Shown here: piece after piece, positions 45,771 to 58,274 of the stretch
How positions within the stretch are numbered: the first letter of the stretch is position 1
How the letters are laid out: each line of letters starts with the position of its first letter
DNA from: Marsupella aquatica
Taxonomy: Eukaryota > Plantae > Marchantiophyta
Assembly (NCBI GenBank): GCA_973895155.1
Contig: OZ316899.1
Span: 6,823,241-6,887,240 of the forward strand
DNA length: 64,000 bases
Direction: 5' to 3'
Made by a program: the position numbers and the translations under genes
Notes under the pieces: generated by a model
What the model was told of the DNA's origin: nothing
Seen by the model: the letters and a program-made list of their open reading frames with translations, nothing else
The model's database searches: none

Positions 45771-48700
45771 CCTCCAAGGGACTTGATCCTCTTTGGCATC
45801 CCCAAGCCTGACTCTTCGAGGCCAGCAAACTTGCTTCTTGAACCCATGGACACCCCAACAGTGTAAGTTTGGAAACTCCCTATTTCCGTCTCGCCAGCCT
45901 CCCCCATCAACGTGTGAGGGCCCTCTTTGTAAATCCGTTTCCTCTTGGATCTCTCCAAGATCGCCCTCCTAGATCTCCCGCCTCATGCTGCCAAAGAACT
46001 TGGCATTGGTAAACCCTTGAGCCTGTTGGCTCCAGAACTTCTCAGCTACAACCTTCGGGTACATAGCCTGGTCAACATCCCTGCCAAGCACCCAGCCCGG
46101 ATCCTTCCTGATCGGTTTCCCTTTCTCCAGTTCTTTCTCACTCATTTCCTCTTCTTCGAACCTAACCCTTCTTTCCTTGTCTCGAGTATCCCGCCTCTCT
46201 CGTTCCCCTGATTGAGACAGTGTCATCCTTGTCGGTTTTCTTCCTTTTTGACTCTATCGAGGCATCCCAACTAGCCCCAACCTTAACCGTTATCGCATTG
46301 ATCAGCACCGAGTCACTCCATCCGGATCTCTCTTGCATTAAATCCGCCAAGTGCTTGTAAAACTTGTCCGTTTCCGTCACGGGGCCATCCAACTCCACAT
46401 TGTAAACATTCGCTTCCAGGTGCAAAGAGGACACCTCTTTGATTCGCTTCTCAACCAAAGCCTTCATGCCTCCCTTGTTGGAGTTGAATGGAATCGGCTC
46501 CTCAGTATCGGCAAACGATATCTTTTTTTGACCAACTTCACCGATGAACTTGATCAACCCTTTATCCGCAGCTTCCCTCGGGTCCAGGCACTCCCGTTTG
46601 TCATGCTCTTTGCTGTTGCACCACATGCATGGCCAACTCTGCAACTCTCACTTCCGCTCGGGAGCACTTGCAACCCTTGGTTTTGGATTCTCGACCGCAT
46701 GTGCCGCCAAGATCTTCAGGTTCTGCATCATTTCCGCGAGATCATCCACCGATGGTTTGATCTCATCCTTTGCTGGTTCTCGCTTCCCTTTTCTCAATAT
46801 CGGTTCCGACGGCCTTAGGTCAAGAGTGGTAGCCTCCTTGTCCAGCTCTTGCCGCCGATGTCGATTGCTCACTTTCGATACTGCTTTCTCAACTTGGTTC
46901 AAGTCGTTAGACAAGGTAACTCTCGAAGGTTCCAACAGCTCCATTGTGTTCTCAAGCTCCTCTCAAAGGTCCTCATCTGCTGCCCTCAAGAAGAGCGTCG
47001 AGCGCTGCAACTCAATGATCCCCACATCCCGCTTCGGTAACTGAGACACCCTTCTCTTGAACTCCCTTAGGAGCTCTTGCGGCCCCTTCAACTTCTTGTT
47101 CATTCACCCAATCCAAGAAGGTAGCCTGTGTGACCCGATCAGCATCCTCCGCTTGGAACTCCTCTTTCATCTTCTGGTTGAAATCATCCCAGCCCTCAGC
47201 TCACTCAACAATGGTCCGCACCGTAGAACTCAACTCCTTCTCAACCAGCACCACAAACTCTTTCACCGCCGTCCCTTCGTCCAACTTGTAGACAACTGCT
47301 TCTGTCAAGTAAGACTTAAGGTAGCTTGTCACATTTCTCCCATCAAACTGCCCATTCTCCTTCAGAACCTCTGGGAGACACCGAGTAGTTCTATTCACTT
47401 CCCTGTTCGCCCTTTCCGCCTCAAGCTCTTCCTTCCTTATGGTTCTCATCATCAACATGATGATGCTTGAGATCCGATCGACTTCATCATAGTCACCCAT
47501 CTCATCCAATCGCCCCAGGGAATCCCCAGTATGGTCGCCAATGTCGCAAGGACTTAAAGTTAGGGGCTCCTCGGGCAAACTGCGCGTTTATGGCTGCGAT
47601 TGGGACAATCGACAAGCACTTTCCAGAGCAAACTCTTTTTTACTTTTCTCACAAAGGTTACAATGGGTGCCTCAAGTAAGCTTGCCCACAAGAGTCTGGT
47701 AGTTGGCCCTACGGCGGGCTGCTACCTCTTACTTGTCGAGCTGAACTCCTCAAGTGACTATCTACTCAAAATCTGACGGAAAAACTCTCCTCCTTAGCTC
47801 ACAAAACCAAAATTTGACTAGCTACTCCACTAGTCTAAAACAACTCTCACGGAACTTGGGTCTGGACCAACAAGGCTCCAAACTCGAGAAATCCCCGCCT
47901 AGATCAAAAACTCCACACCTGGATCCAACACTCGCACAGAACTCCAAAACCGCCGCACAACAGTCAAGTTCCGCAGAACGGAGTGGAACTCACAGAATGC
48001 AACTCAACACATCTCAATAGACAACCGCCAACCTCAATGAGCCGAGGCTCAAGTCTTAAGTAGCATCGGAAACCCAACCATCCAGCCTAAGCCAGCTACC
48101 ATCAGCGAGGCTCATCCAAACCCCAAGCCTGGTGACTCACCCAAACACCAAACTTGGTGACGATAGTCACCCAATCACCAAACCTCAATCCATCCAACCA
48201 AGCAGCCCCTCTGAGTCAGCATGCACGCAACCCAACCAGGAGGCCTTGCCCATCATTCCCTATAAAAGCCATTCCTGAGCCAAAATCTTTTGGCATGACA
48301 ACGGCCTATCCGGGCCTGGACCATAAGGGAGCTCGGCGTCGGAGTCAGCGATGCCGGAGCTAAGTGTTAAGGTAGTCAAGTTCCGCAACTCTGGGGCGGT
48401 CGACGGTTTGGCCGCCACGTCTTTGTTGTCCTGCTTGTAACGTTGGTCTAGGGAAGTCAACCTGTCCTCCTTCTATTCTTCTTGAACTTGGGCTCTCCTT
48501 TTGGTGGGGGAAGCCTGTTTACCACTCTTTGATCAAGTGTTTTTTGCCATGTCCCCATCAACCAAATCTGCCCGCAGTCAACCCGTTGAGCACGTTGAAG
48601 CACTGAGTCTCCGCAAAAATCCGTTAAGATTTTTGGATTCCGACCTAGCACAACCCCGGCCCAGTGTCTATGCCAACAATGGCTCTGATACCACAAGTGG

Positions 48701-51700
48701 TGGACCTTGCCGCCCATTGCCCTCACCAATCCTAGCACTCACACCCCTAGTGCCCAAACGCCTCCATGGAATACCTTGAGCAAGAAATCTAGTGCCCCTT
48801 GCACCGCCAGCGGCCCCTCCCACACAAAGCCGCATTTACTCTCCAACCTGACCGCTACTCAATAGTCCTTACTGTCTGCACAAGCAACCAAGCATCGCGG
48901 TAAGCAACCCTTTAGGATCTAGAACTTGCCAAGTCTAGCATCCTAACTCAAGCTCAACAGACATTGGTAAATAGGTCAGCAATAGGTCCTCCCGATGCCA
49001 TAAGTTGGAACCAGAACCCACGCCCACTGTTTGTCCAGAACAGCTCCTTCCTTGGGCATGGCCCGGGGTCCCTTGGGCAGGTCACTCGTGAAAGTCTGAT
49101 CTCTAACCCTTCAACGGGCTACTATCTATCTTCCATCGAGCTATCGTCCTCTCAAAGGCTATCAAGTCGGAAAATCCATGAAATCCAATGCCTGAAGTGC
49201 TCAAGCTCAGAATCTCATAGCTCGCATCGCCAACAATCCAACACTCAGGCTTGCTGGTCCGCAATTGGTAGCACCTCAAACCTCAATCCAAATCTCCATA
49301 AATGATCAAATCCCTTGGACTGAGCCAAAGCCCAGGCCTCAAATACGCCTCAAAAGCAGCATCCCCGCCCAACGAGTCACCGCCAGGTGGGTTCAGAACT
49401 CAAAAGCCAGACTCTTGGTCGCCAAAAGACAAACCAACAGCCCTTCGCATTCCAATCGCAACCAACTCCCAACTCCTTAGCTTCTGCATGCCCAAAACTC
49501 ATCAGAAACAAAACACCAATCGTCACTCAGAGTTGAGCTCAAAGTCAAAATGATTCGACTCCTTAGCACTCGCAACTCATTGAAAACGGAACACCAATCG
49601 ACTCTCAGAGTTGGGCTTGAAGTCAAAACAATTTGACTCCAAAGGTTTCGTAGCTCACCGAATACGGAACACCAACCGACTTCCTCATCCCTGGTCTCGG
49701 TACTGAAATGGTTCGTCATGACATTCTCCCCCAATAAACCTGAGCAGCCTCCGATCTGCTCCACTTTACTCAAATTCATCTAAGTCTGAACCAAAATCAA
49801 AACTCAAACTTATCTCATGCGCCTGGACCACTTTTCCTTCAAGAAATTCAAAATCCAAGTACTCAGAATCTGCTTCAGTTTTTCTCTTTCTTCCTCTAGA
49901 ACTTAAACTTTTTGAACCTGTCTGAACTCCCTTCTCTTTGGCCAAACTTGAGTCTAAGTCCTTTGAATGCGCCTGGACCAGCGCCTCATCTTCATTTTTG
50001 CTCAAGTTGGAACTTGAGTCCATTCCTTTATCAGTTCTTCTCTTAAAGACTTTCACTCTTTTCCCTACATAAGGTACTTGGTGAATAGTCCCATCCAACT
50101 CTCGAATCGTATAGGTAGCATTCGGGTGAACAGTCACCACTACATATGGACCTTGCCACCTTCAAGCAAACTTGTTTTGGCTCAAGTGTTGCTCGTCCAA
50201 CTTGCTCTCGTAAATCAAAACCCAATCTCCTTTCTTAACCAAAACCGGCCTCAAACGACGAGTCCTATTGAACCTTGCCTTGTTCCTTAGCCTCACCATT
50301 TTCAATTGCTTCCGAGCCACTTTGATCTTTGCAGGTAACAGTCCAAAATGCTCGATCCTTCGAGCTAGCAACTCTTCTCTCAAAACTTTGTCTTTCCACC
50401 CAATCAATTGCCAACTACAAATGTCCTCCTTAAGAGGCATCATCGGCAAATGTCCAGTAAGCAACTCAGCAGGAACATATTCAGTAACATATCTGCAAGT
50501 CATCCAATCAGCCAGCAAGGCAAGTGGAAGAAGACTTGACCACCTACCAAGATCCCCATCACAGGCCTTCGCCAATGCACTAATGATCTGAATATAACCT
50601 CGTTCAGATTTCCCATTGCCTTTCGGATTGTAACTTGAAGTAAGCTTCAACTTGATTCGGTACTGATCAAAAAATCCTGAGCTTCCTTGGAGCTCAACTC
50701 CCCCCTAGCAGCTCTCATCCTTGTAAAACACCCATGTCTCGCAATGATATCCTCCAAAATGAACTGGCAAACAGCAGCGATTGTACTGGTAACCAAAGCT
50801 CTCCCTTCAATGTAAGAAGACAAGTCTTCTCTCGCCAAAACCAAGTATCTCGCCCCATTGCTTTCTCTTGGCATGTACACCACATCAATTGCCCACTGAA
50901 AATGTAGTGCCACCGGGTAAGTTGGAACCAACCCATCTCTATGTCGGATCCTCGAATAGAACTGGCAGACTTCACAAGTCTCCACATAATCCCGAACGCT
51001 CAAGTACAAACCAGGCCACCAGTAAAGCTTCCTGATTCTGTCATAAGTCGCTTGAACCCCTCTGTGTCCAGCAACTTCCGCATCATGACTCTCCTTGAGA
51101 ATTCGGTCTTTCTCTGCCTTTGTTCCAACAACTCTTTGAAGTAATAGTCCTGGTTCCTTCAACCTTCGCCACAAGTAACCCTCTTTCAACAGGAACTTGT
51201 AAGACCTCTTTTGAATTCTCACAAACTCTTTGTAATCCCACTCTGGTTGCTTCTCCAGAGTATTGATATACCTTCCAACATCCAGCAACTCTCCCAAATA
51301 GAGTTCCTCCTTAACCTCTAACTTTCCATTAGCTTCAGAACTGGCCGCCCTACTCACTCGAGAGCCTCAACCTCATTTCCAAACCTGGCTCTCGAAAGCA
51401 TGTCAGCAACCGGGTTATCCTTTCCAGCTATATGACTCAACTCAGGGTCAAACATTCAAATGAAAGCAATCCATCTAAGCATTGCTATATCTGGCATATT
51501 GCAGTTCGCTATCATTCCCAGTACCAATTGACAATCAGTCTCAATCACCACTGGGGATCCGATCAGGTAATTCCTCTCTTGATGGAGCGCCACTTCACTT
51601 GGGCATATCTCCTTTGTCTCTCCGTAAAGATCTCAGCCCCAAATCTAATCGCATACCTTTCGCCTTTCTCATCGTCCTGCCCAATAGCCCATCCAACCGC

Positions 51701-53099
51701 GAATGGCTTGCATCAACGGTAACTACCAATGGTCTCCCGCACTCATAATCTGCAGGTTGAAGCACCGGAGGGCTCATGAGAGCACTCTTCAACCTCAACA
51801 TTGCCTCACTGTGCTCAGGTAACCATCGCCACTTAACTCATTTTCTCAGTAACTCATAGAGCGGATCTGCAAGGTGCGAGAAATGAGGAATCCAGATCTT
51901 GTAAAACACACAAGCACCCAGAAACCTTCAAACTTTTGGCACCGACTCGCAATCCTTCATCTTACTTATAGCCATCACTTAGCTTATCCATGTTTGGCTT
52001 CCACCCATAAGCTCCGCACATCTGACCAACAACCTTCACCTCTTTCATTCCAAACTCAGATTTCTCCCCCGAAAGAGTAAGTCCAACCTCAATCGGTTTC
52101 CCAAGAATGGCCTTGACATCAACAATGTGGTCCCACACAAACTTCCGGATCCCATCACTCCTCAAGGTCTCATCCTTAGTCTCATCCAAGCATCTCTTAA
52201 TTGGAACATCATCCATGAATGGTCTCGCCTTTTCTGGAATGAACGGTTCTAGAACTTTACTCATCGCATTCTGCATATGTGCCACTAAGTTAGTCGCCCC
52301 TTACAGAAGAGTGCACATCCGCAAGAGCCCCAAAGGAGTCCTCATAGTTGTTATGTCCCAACTTTCCTACGACAATTGGAACTGATCATAACCCGAAAAC
52401 AGATCACCCATTGAGTAGATTGCCCTCCCGACAAACTCCTCAGAAAATTCATCCACGAGTGGTCCTACTTCCACATTCCTAATCGTCACTTTGTTCAGCG
52501 GCTGCATGTCTTGGATGAACCTCAAACTCCCATTCTTTTTCCAAACCGTAAACCATCTGTTCAAATATGGAGCATCCAATCTCTCAAGAATCCCAGCACT
52601 TAGTTTTTCCTTCAATAGTTCCGCCAGCTTTGGAGCCAAAGCCCGCAGAATGGCAATCGGCTTCAGATCCCATGGAACATGCGGGACAGTGAAGATGACC
52701 ATCGGTGTCACGTTACTTGGATCCGCACAACCAATCTCATCAATCAAGAACGAGAAAGCTTTGCCATGCTCCATAATCATCCTTCAAATGCTTCCTGTTC
52801 CAACTCAGTAAGCAACCCATCAAAACCAATTCTGAGTCTTGCTAGACTCTCCTGGGTAAACTTATGCCCTATTCAACCTTTGGGTCTCAATCTCGGCTCC
52901 AATCTGGCTTGTTCCATCACCTCCATCGCATTATCCGGCAAAGGTATCGCTGCAGGTCTCACCTTGGTAATGGTAATGGTAATGTATTATAAGCTCCGGG
53001 ACCATGAAAGTCAAAGGAGCTGCCACAAAAAGTAAAGTACAATGCAATCAAAGAAAAGAGCAACCAAAAGAGATTGCTCAGAAGAGGACAACTATGTCC

Positions 53100-56000
53100 T
53101 CAAAGAAACTATGGACCTAGAGAGCCTTGAAAGATTTTCCAAACCTATTCTCCTTTCCCTATCCACCGCAAAGATATATCTTCCAAGTTGCTGAGGGGGC
53201 AGACCAAACAATGCATACAAATCTTTCACCAAGATTTGAGATGCCATCCTAACCCCCTCATAAAACTTGCAAGCAATGAATACATGATATTCATTCTCTA
53301 TACTAGAGCTATCACATAGTTGACAAACCCTCTTTTTCCTGTCAATATCCTTCCATCTCCCTTGTTCTACTTCAAGGTGGTGTGAGCTTAGTCTATACTG
53401 AGCAATAAGTTGTCTAAGTTGTACTGAGATAGTGCTAGATAAGTATCTTGTTCTCGATATTTCTTCATGGGGTTCACATCTCTCATGTAATATTGCTGCC
53501 GTGGGCTAGGTTCATGCCAAAGTTTGTGCAAAGCCTTTTGCTCAAGTTTTGCTCTTAGCTTGGTTGGGTGTGTTGGCCATTCATGTTCAGGAAAATCCCA
53601 AGCATGGGCCCACCTGCACACATCTGCATACCACCCTTTAGCTGAAGATGAGCGCAAGGCATGAAAAGGAAATCTGTTTTCCTCCAACTCTCTTACACGC
53701 ATGATGTATTTGAGTGTGTGGAAGAGTGCCTCCACCTCCAAAGGAAACAAGCCTGCCTCTGCAAGTGTAAGTGCATATGGGGTTTGTGACTTGATCCCAA
53801 GCTCCATCTCAAGAAATAGCTTTTGCAGCCCCTCAATCTGTTGCCACCCAGATTTAGACACACCTGCTCCCCAAATTGGTGCTCCATAAAGAATGACTGG
53901 TTTCACCAAAGCTCCAAAGAGATGTTTCCTTAACCTCCAAGTGTGTAGACCAGCTCTTTTGCATTTGTTCATGAATGCATAAAAAGCTCTGTACCCATTG
54001 GCAGCCCTAGATTTTACACATGAGGCCCAACTCAAGTTTTGAGAGAACTCCACCCCAAGGTATTTGTAGGTCCTCACAAATTCCACCAGATTCCCTTGGA
54101 AGTAGAGCTCTGGATTTTGTCGTGTGCCAATGCCCAAACACTTGGTCTTCTTGAGGTTGACTACCATCCCTGTTGCTTGACAAAACTCCTCCAAGGCATT
54201 GAGATGTCTTTGCAAAGCTTCTTGAGCATGAGCAAGTAGGACCACATCATCTGCAAATATAAGAAGTTGGAGGACAAACCTACCCAATTGAGTGCCAACT
54301 CCACCATGCTCCTCCAAAATGTTGTGTAGCTGATCAATGAAGATGCCAAAGAGAGTTGGTGAGAGAGGACAACCTTGGATCACCCCAAGAGTGCTCCAGA
54401 TTTCTTCAGAGGTTTCCTTTGAAAGTTTGATGCGCACTTCTTGGTACAATTTAGAAACAGCCAACCTGAGCTCTTCAGGCACTTCCAACTCCACCATCCT
54501 ATCCCAAAGCTTGGATCGGGAAACTTTGTCAAAGGCCTTGGAGAAGTCCACAAACAAGCAAAATAATGGTTTATGTGGAGATTTGGCCTTTTCACACAAC
54601 ACCCTCAAGCAGAGAATGTGATCCATAGTGCTGAATTCTCTCCTAAAACTTGCTTGTGAAGGTGCCCTTTTCATCTCACTCTCCAACCAAGAGCTTAATC
54701 TGGCTTCAAGTAGTCCTCCCAAAACTTTAGCAAAAGTATTGCCTACCATGATGGTTCTGTAGTTGTGCACATCGTCCTTGTTGCCTGCCTTGAAGATAGG
54801 CACCACTCTTCTGGTCATCCAAGCTTTAGGTAAACCTAAAGCCATTGCTTGATTCAGCTCATGCACCAAGTTTGTTAGTAAAGAGGGTCCTCCCCACAAA
54901 AGAAGCTCCAAGTTCAGGCCCAACAGATCTTTAGCTTTCCCATGTTGCATGTGGGAAAGATGCACCTTCACCTCCCTCTCTGTAAACTGAATGGTGTCCC
55001 CAAGGGGCAAAGGCATGCCACTAGCATCTGGAAAGAAATACAAGGATGTGACATAGGTTACCAGGTCCTGGTGATCCAAGGGGGGAGTAGTCTTGCCTGA
55101 TTGCATTCTCTCCCAAAAACGTTTTGGATGTTTGATGAACTCCTCACATAGTGATTGTTGATGACTCTTCAAGAAGCACCTCTTCTTGTGTTTGATGAAG
55201 TTCTTGTACATAGTGAATGCCAAAAGTCTCTTTTCCCCTGAATGTGATCTTGCTTGCATCCTTGCTCTAGCACAATCCTCGTCAAACCAAGCCTTCATGT
55301 TTTGCTTTCTAGGGGGTTTGGTGGAGAAAGTAGAGGCTGCTGCTTGTGCTATGACTTCTGAGAGCTCAATCTGATCATCCAGGGTATGGAGAAGATGTTC
55401 AAAGTTGGCTTTGAAGATGACTTCTCTATCAGGGTCTAGAAACAGAGGTTTGGGTACTGGCTTTCTATGCACTTTGTTTGGGATTGTGGTCAGGTCAAGA
55501 TGGAACAACAAAGGCAAGTGTGAAGACTCTGGTTGTTGATCAAGTATTTGAAAGTCAACCACTCTAGTGGCAGAGGTAGGTGAGGCAAGAAGGTAATCAA
55601 TGGTACTACATCCTTGTTTAGATCTAAAAGTGTAACCAGATGATTGGGGAAATCTCTCAAGCCCATTCAATATTCTTAGATTACAAGAAGCTCCCAAATG
55701 CAAAAAGTGACGTGTCATGTCATTTGTTCTGGTGTCAAGAGCCTCTCTCACCCAAGGTATCTCTTCACTACATGATGACCAAGGTAAAGTTCCTAAGTCC
55801 TCACTTTCAGTAAATTGTTCATTAGATACCCTGGCATTAAAGTCCCCCACTATCCATGTCTCCCCTAGTGGTGATATATCATGAATGTACTTTACTTTTT
55901 GTGGCAGCTCCTTTGACTTTCATGGTCCCGGAGCTTATAATACATTACCATTACCATTACCATTACCACTTGGATTAACCTATGAAATGGATAATGTGCA

Positions 56001-56374
56001 TCAGCAATTCCCATCTTATAGACATTCATATTAAGGGGAGCAAAGTAGGTGACAATCAGAAATGATGGAGTACCTCTGGTATGAAGTCTCACCACCATGA
56101 ACTGCTTGCTGGGATCTTCATGTTCAATAGAGGTGATGTGTTGAAGTTGATTCTTGGTGTAGACAGCAATGCCTCCAAACCCTCTTCCCCGTGTGGTCTT
56201 CTTCTCATTGAAGATGGATTGTATGCAAGTAAAGCCTTTAATGCTAGGTAGAGCATTTCCCTCATATTCCCAAGTCTCCGTGAAAAGCAAGATGTCAAAA
56301 TTCTCAAACAAAGGTTCCCCTCCAATTGCTGTTTCTATGGAAAGTCCTGAAACATTCCATGCCATGACTCTCAA
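53100..56374 (-). pseudogene. LINE ORF2 (APE endonuclease, RT, C-terminal Cys/His motif), disrupted by an 80-bp insertion and a late frameshift
   Basis: MAWNVSGL, LFTETW and GGIAVY (55892-56374); GDFNAR, STIDY, FVDFSKAFDKV, GVIQGCPLSPTLF, IFADD and YKYLG (53388-55850); frameshift near 53440. Confidence 0.92.
55887..55966 (+). mobile_element. 80-bp 5'-truncated copy of the same LINE's 3' end, inserted antisense into its own endonuclease domain
   Basis: Reverse complement of 52966-53040, including the (CATTAC)4 tail. Removing it restores ...LIQV-IHDISPLGETWIVGDFNAR. Confidence 0.92.
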
Positions 56375-56386
56375 GGTCCCAATCCA

Positions 56387-57157
56387 TCATTTAGAAACAA
56401 CTCTCTTCTTATTGGTAACAACAGCTTGTCCATTGCGCAAGTAGGCTACCAATCCTTGGTCTTTGGCTACCCTCACCTTCTCAAGCTCAATTTTCCTTGC
56501 TTGGACTTGTGTGGGAGTCAGATCATCATCCAACCAAATCCTTAGCCCTTTAAGCATGCTCCTGTTAGCCATCACTCTAGCTTTCTCGGATTCAGCTGCA
56601 AACTTCACCAAGATTGGACGTGGAAGGTCCCCCTTCCTTTGCCCAATCCTATATGCTTGCAAAATGATAGGGTCATGCACTTTCATCTGAGATTGGAAGA
56701 ATGAAATTGCTACCTTCTTGGTGTCTTCCTTCTCCTCCTCAACAAGGCCTGATATTTTGCAGTTGCTGACTCTTGCATGCTGGTTCTTGTGTTCTTCCTC
56801 TAGTGCTCTCCTCTCCTCCTCCTTGGCTTGGACAAATTCCATATGTGATTGTTTTGCAGCCTGTGCAAAGGTTTTGAGCTTCTCCTCAATCTCCCCTACA
56901 GCCTCATGTATCACTGATTTCTCTGGGCATATACTCTTCTCCATGTCTCCAAAACACGATGCAAGCAATGAGAGTTGCTTACCATTCTCCTGAGTTTGAG
57001 ATCGAAGATCACTAATCAACCTCTTTTGCTTGACATTCTCATTCTTTAGCTCCGTCACCTCCTTGCTGAGTGTGGTAATCTCAATTGCGGAGTTTTCAGC
57101 CACAACTAAGATTTTCTCAAGCAAAGCCTTGAGATGGGCAATCTCCTCCGTTGCCAT
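56387..57157 (-). CDS. LINE ORF1 (coiled coil plus RRM-like domain)
   Basis: MATEEIAHLK... coiled coil; KISGLVE...AYRIG...PRPILVKF...IWLDDDLT motif typical of LINE ORF1 proteins; frame is open. Confidence 0.85.
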   Translation of the reverse strand: MATEEIAHLKALLEKILVVAENSAIEITTLSKEVTELKNENVKQKRLISDLRSQTQENGKQLSLLASCFGDMEKSICPEKSVIHEAVGEIEEKLKTFAQAAKQSHMEFVQAKEEERRALEEEHKNQHARVSNCKISGLVEEEKEDTKKVAISFFQSQMKVHDPIILQAYRIGQRKGDLPRPILVKFAAESEKARVMANRSMLKGLRIWLDDDLTPTQVQARKIELEKVRVAKDQGLVAYLRNGQAVVTNKKRVVSK

Positions 57158-57164
57158 CACAAAG

Positions 57165-58274
57165 CTTTGCCAGTGATACACTCTCGCTGTTTGCAACACT
57201 CTGCCAAAATCTGAGCTCAAACCGCAGCCGATTGCCCTTCCAACTCGAAGTGAAATTTCGCCCCAAGCTCAGAATCCCGAAACTGGACACGTAGCAGATC
57301 GTGCATGCTAAAGTGCATACCAAACGATGTCGATTGCAGCTCTAACTTTGCCAGTGATACATTCTCGCTGTTTCCAATGCTCTGGCAAAGTCTGAGCTTA
57401 AACCGCAGCCAATTTCCCTTCCAACTCGAAGTGAAATTTCGCCCCAAGCTCAGAATTGCGGAACTGGAGACGTAACAGATCGTGCATGCTAAAGTGCATA
57501 TCAAACAATGTCGGTTGCAGCTCTAACTTTGCCAGTGATACATTATTGCTGTTTCCAATGCTCTGGAAAACTCTGAGCTCAAACCGCAGCCGATTGCCTT
57601 TCCAACTCGAAGTGAAATTTCGCCCCAAGCTCAGAATCGCGAAACTAGAGACATAGCAGATCGCGCATGCTAAAGTGCATACCAAACGATGTCGGTTGCA
57701 GCGCTAACTTTGCCAGTGATACATTCTCGCTGTTTCCAATGCTCTGGCAAAGTCTGAGCTTAAACTGCAACCGATTGCCCTTCCAACTCGAAGTGAAATT
57801 TCGCCCCAAGCTCAAAATCCCAAAACTGGACACGTAGTAGATCGTGCATGCTAAAGTGCATACCAAACGATGTCGGTTGCAGCTCTAACTTTGCCAGTGA
57901 TACACTCTCGCTGTTTGCAACACTCTGGCAAAATCTGAGCTCAAACCGCAGCCGATTGCCCTTCCAACTCGAAGTGAAATTTCGCCCCGAGCTCAGAATC
58001 GCAAAACTGGAGACATAGCAGATCGCGCATGCTAAAGTGCATACCAAACGATGTCGGTTGCAGCTCTAACTTTGCCAATGATACATTCTCGCTGTTTCCA
58101 ATGCTCTGGAAAAGTCTGAGCTTAAACCGCAGCCGATTGCCCTTCCAACTCGAAGTGAAATTTCGCCCCAAGCTCAGAATCGCGAAACTAGAGACGTAGC
58201 AGATCGCGCATGCTAAAGTGCATACCAAACGATGTCGGTTGCAGCGCTAACTTTGCCAATGATACATTCTCGCT
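57165..58274 (-). repeat. ~6 tandem 181-bp monomers forming the LINE 5' UTR
   Basis: ctttgccagtgatacattctcgctgttt...ttccaactcgaagtgaaatttcgccccaagctcagaat...gcatgctaaagtgcataccaaacgatgtcg recurs every 181 bp, inside the TSD-bounded element and directly upstream of ORF1. Confidence 0.93.

Larger units (their letters stand above)
40505..48300 (-). mobile_element. Non-chromoviral Gypsy element B (possibly Phygy/Selgy-like), decayed
   Basis: LTRs 40505-41277 and 47542-48300; PBS TGGCGACCATACTGGGG at ~47523-47540; PPT at 41278-41286. Gag 46000-47520 (CMWCNSKEHDKREC), protease (LIDTGLEIN), RT 43611-44630 (FIDDVPIKG), integrase 41800-43120. Confidence 0.88.
32084..48390 (-). mobile_element. Chromovirus (Ty3/Gypsy) copy A2, decayed, inserted in the A1 gag
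   Basis: TSD CTGGG (32079-32083, 48391-48395). 3' LTR 32084-33542, PPT ~33546-33556. Chromodomain YLVKWAGYDQAESTWE at ~34050-34105; integrase 34448-35230; RNase H 37328-37906 (WTDASDYAIGA); RT 38051-38596 (FIDDILI); protease 39078-39359 (LVDTGA); gag 39383-40320 (CFTCGSMGHQSKDC). 5' LTR remnant 48301-48390. Confidence 0.9.

Noticed and set aside
57165-58274. 181-bp array as a CRISPR array or centromeric satellite; the repeated 95-aa ORFs as genes
   Set aside because: There are no unique spacers, the array lies inside the LINE's TSDs next to ORF1, and the ORFs are by-products of the repeat.
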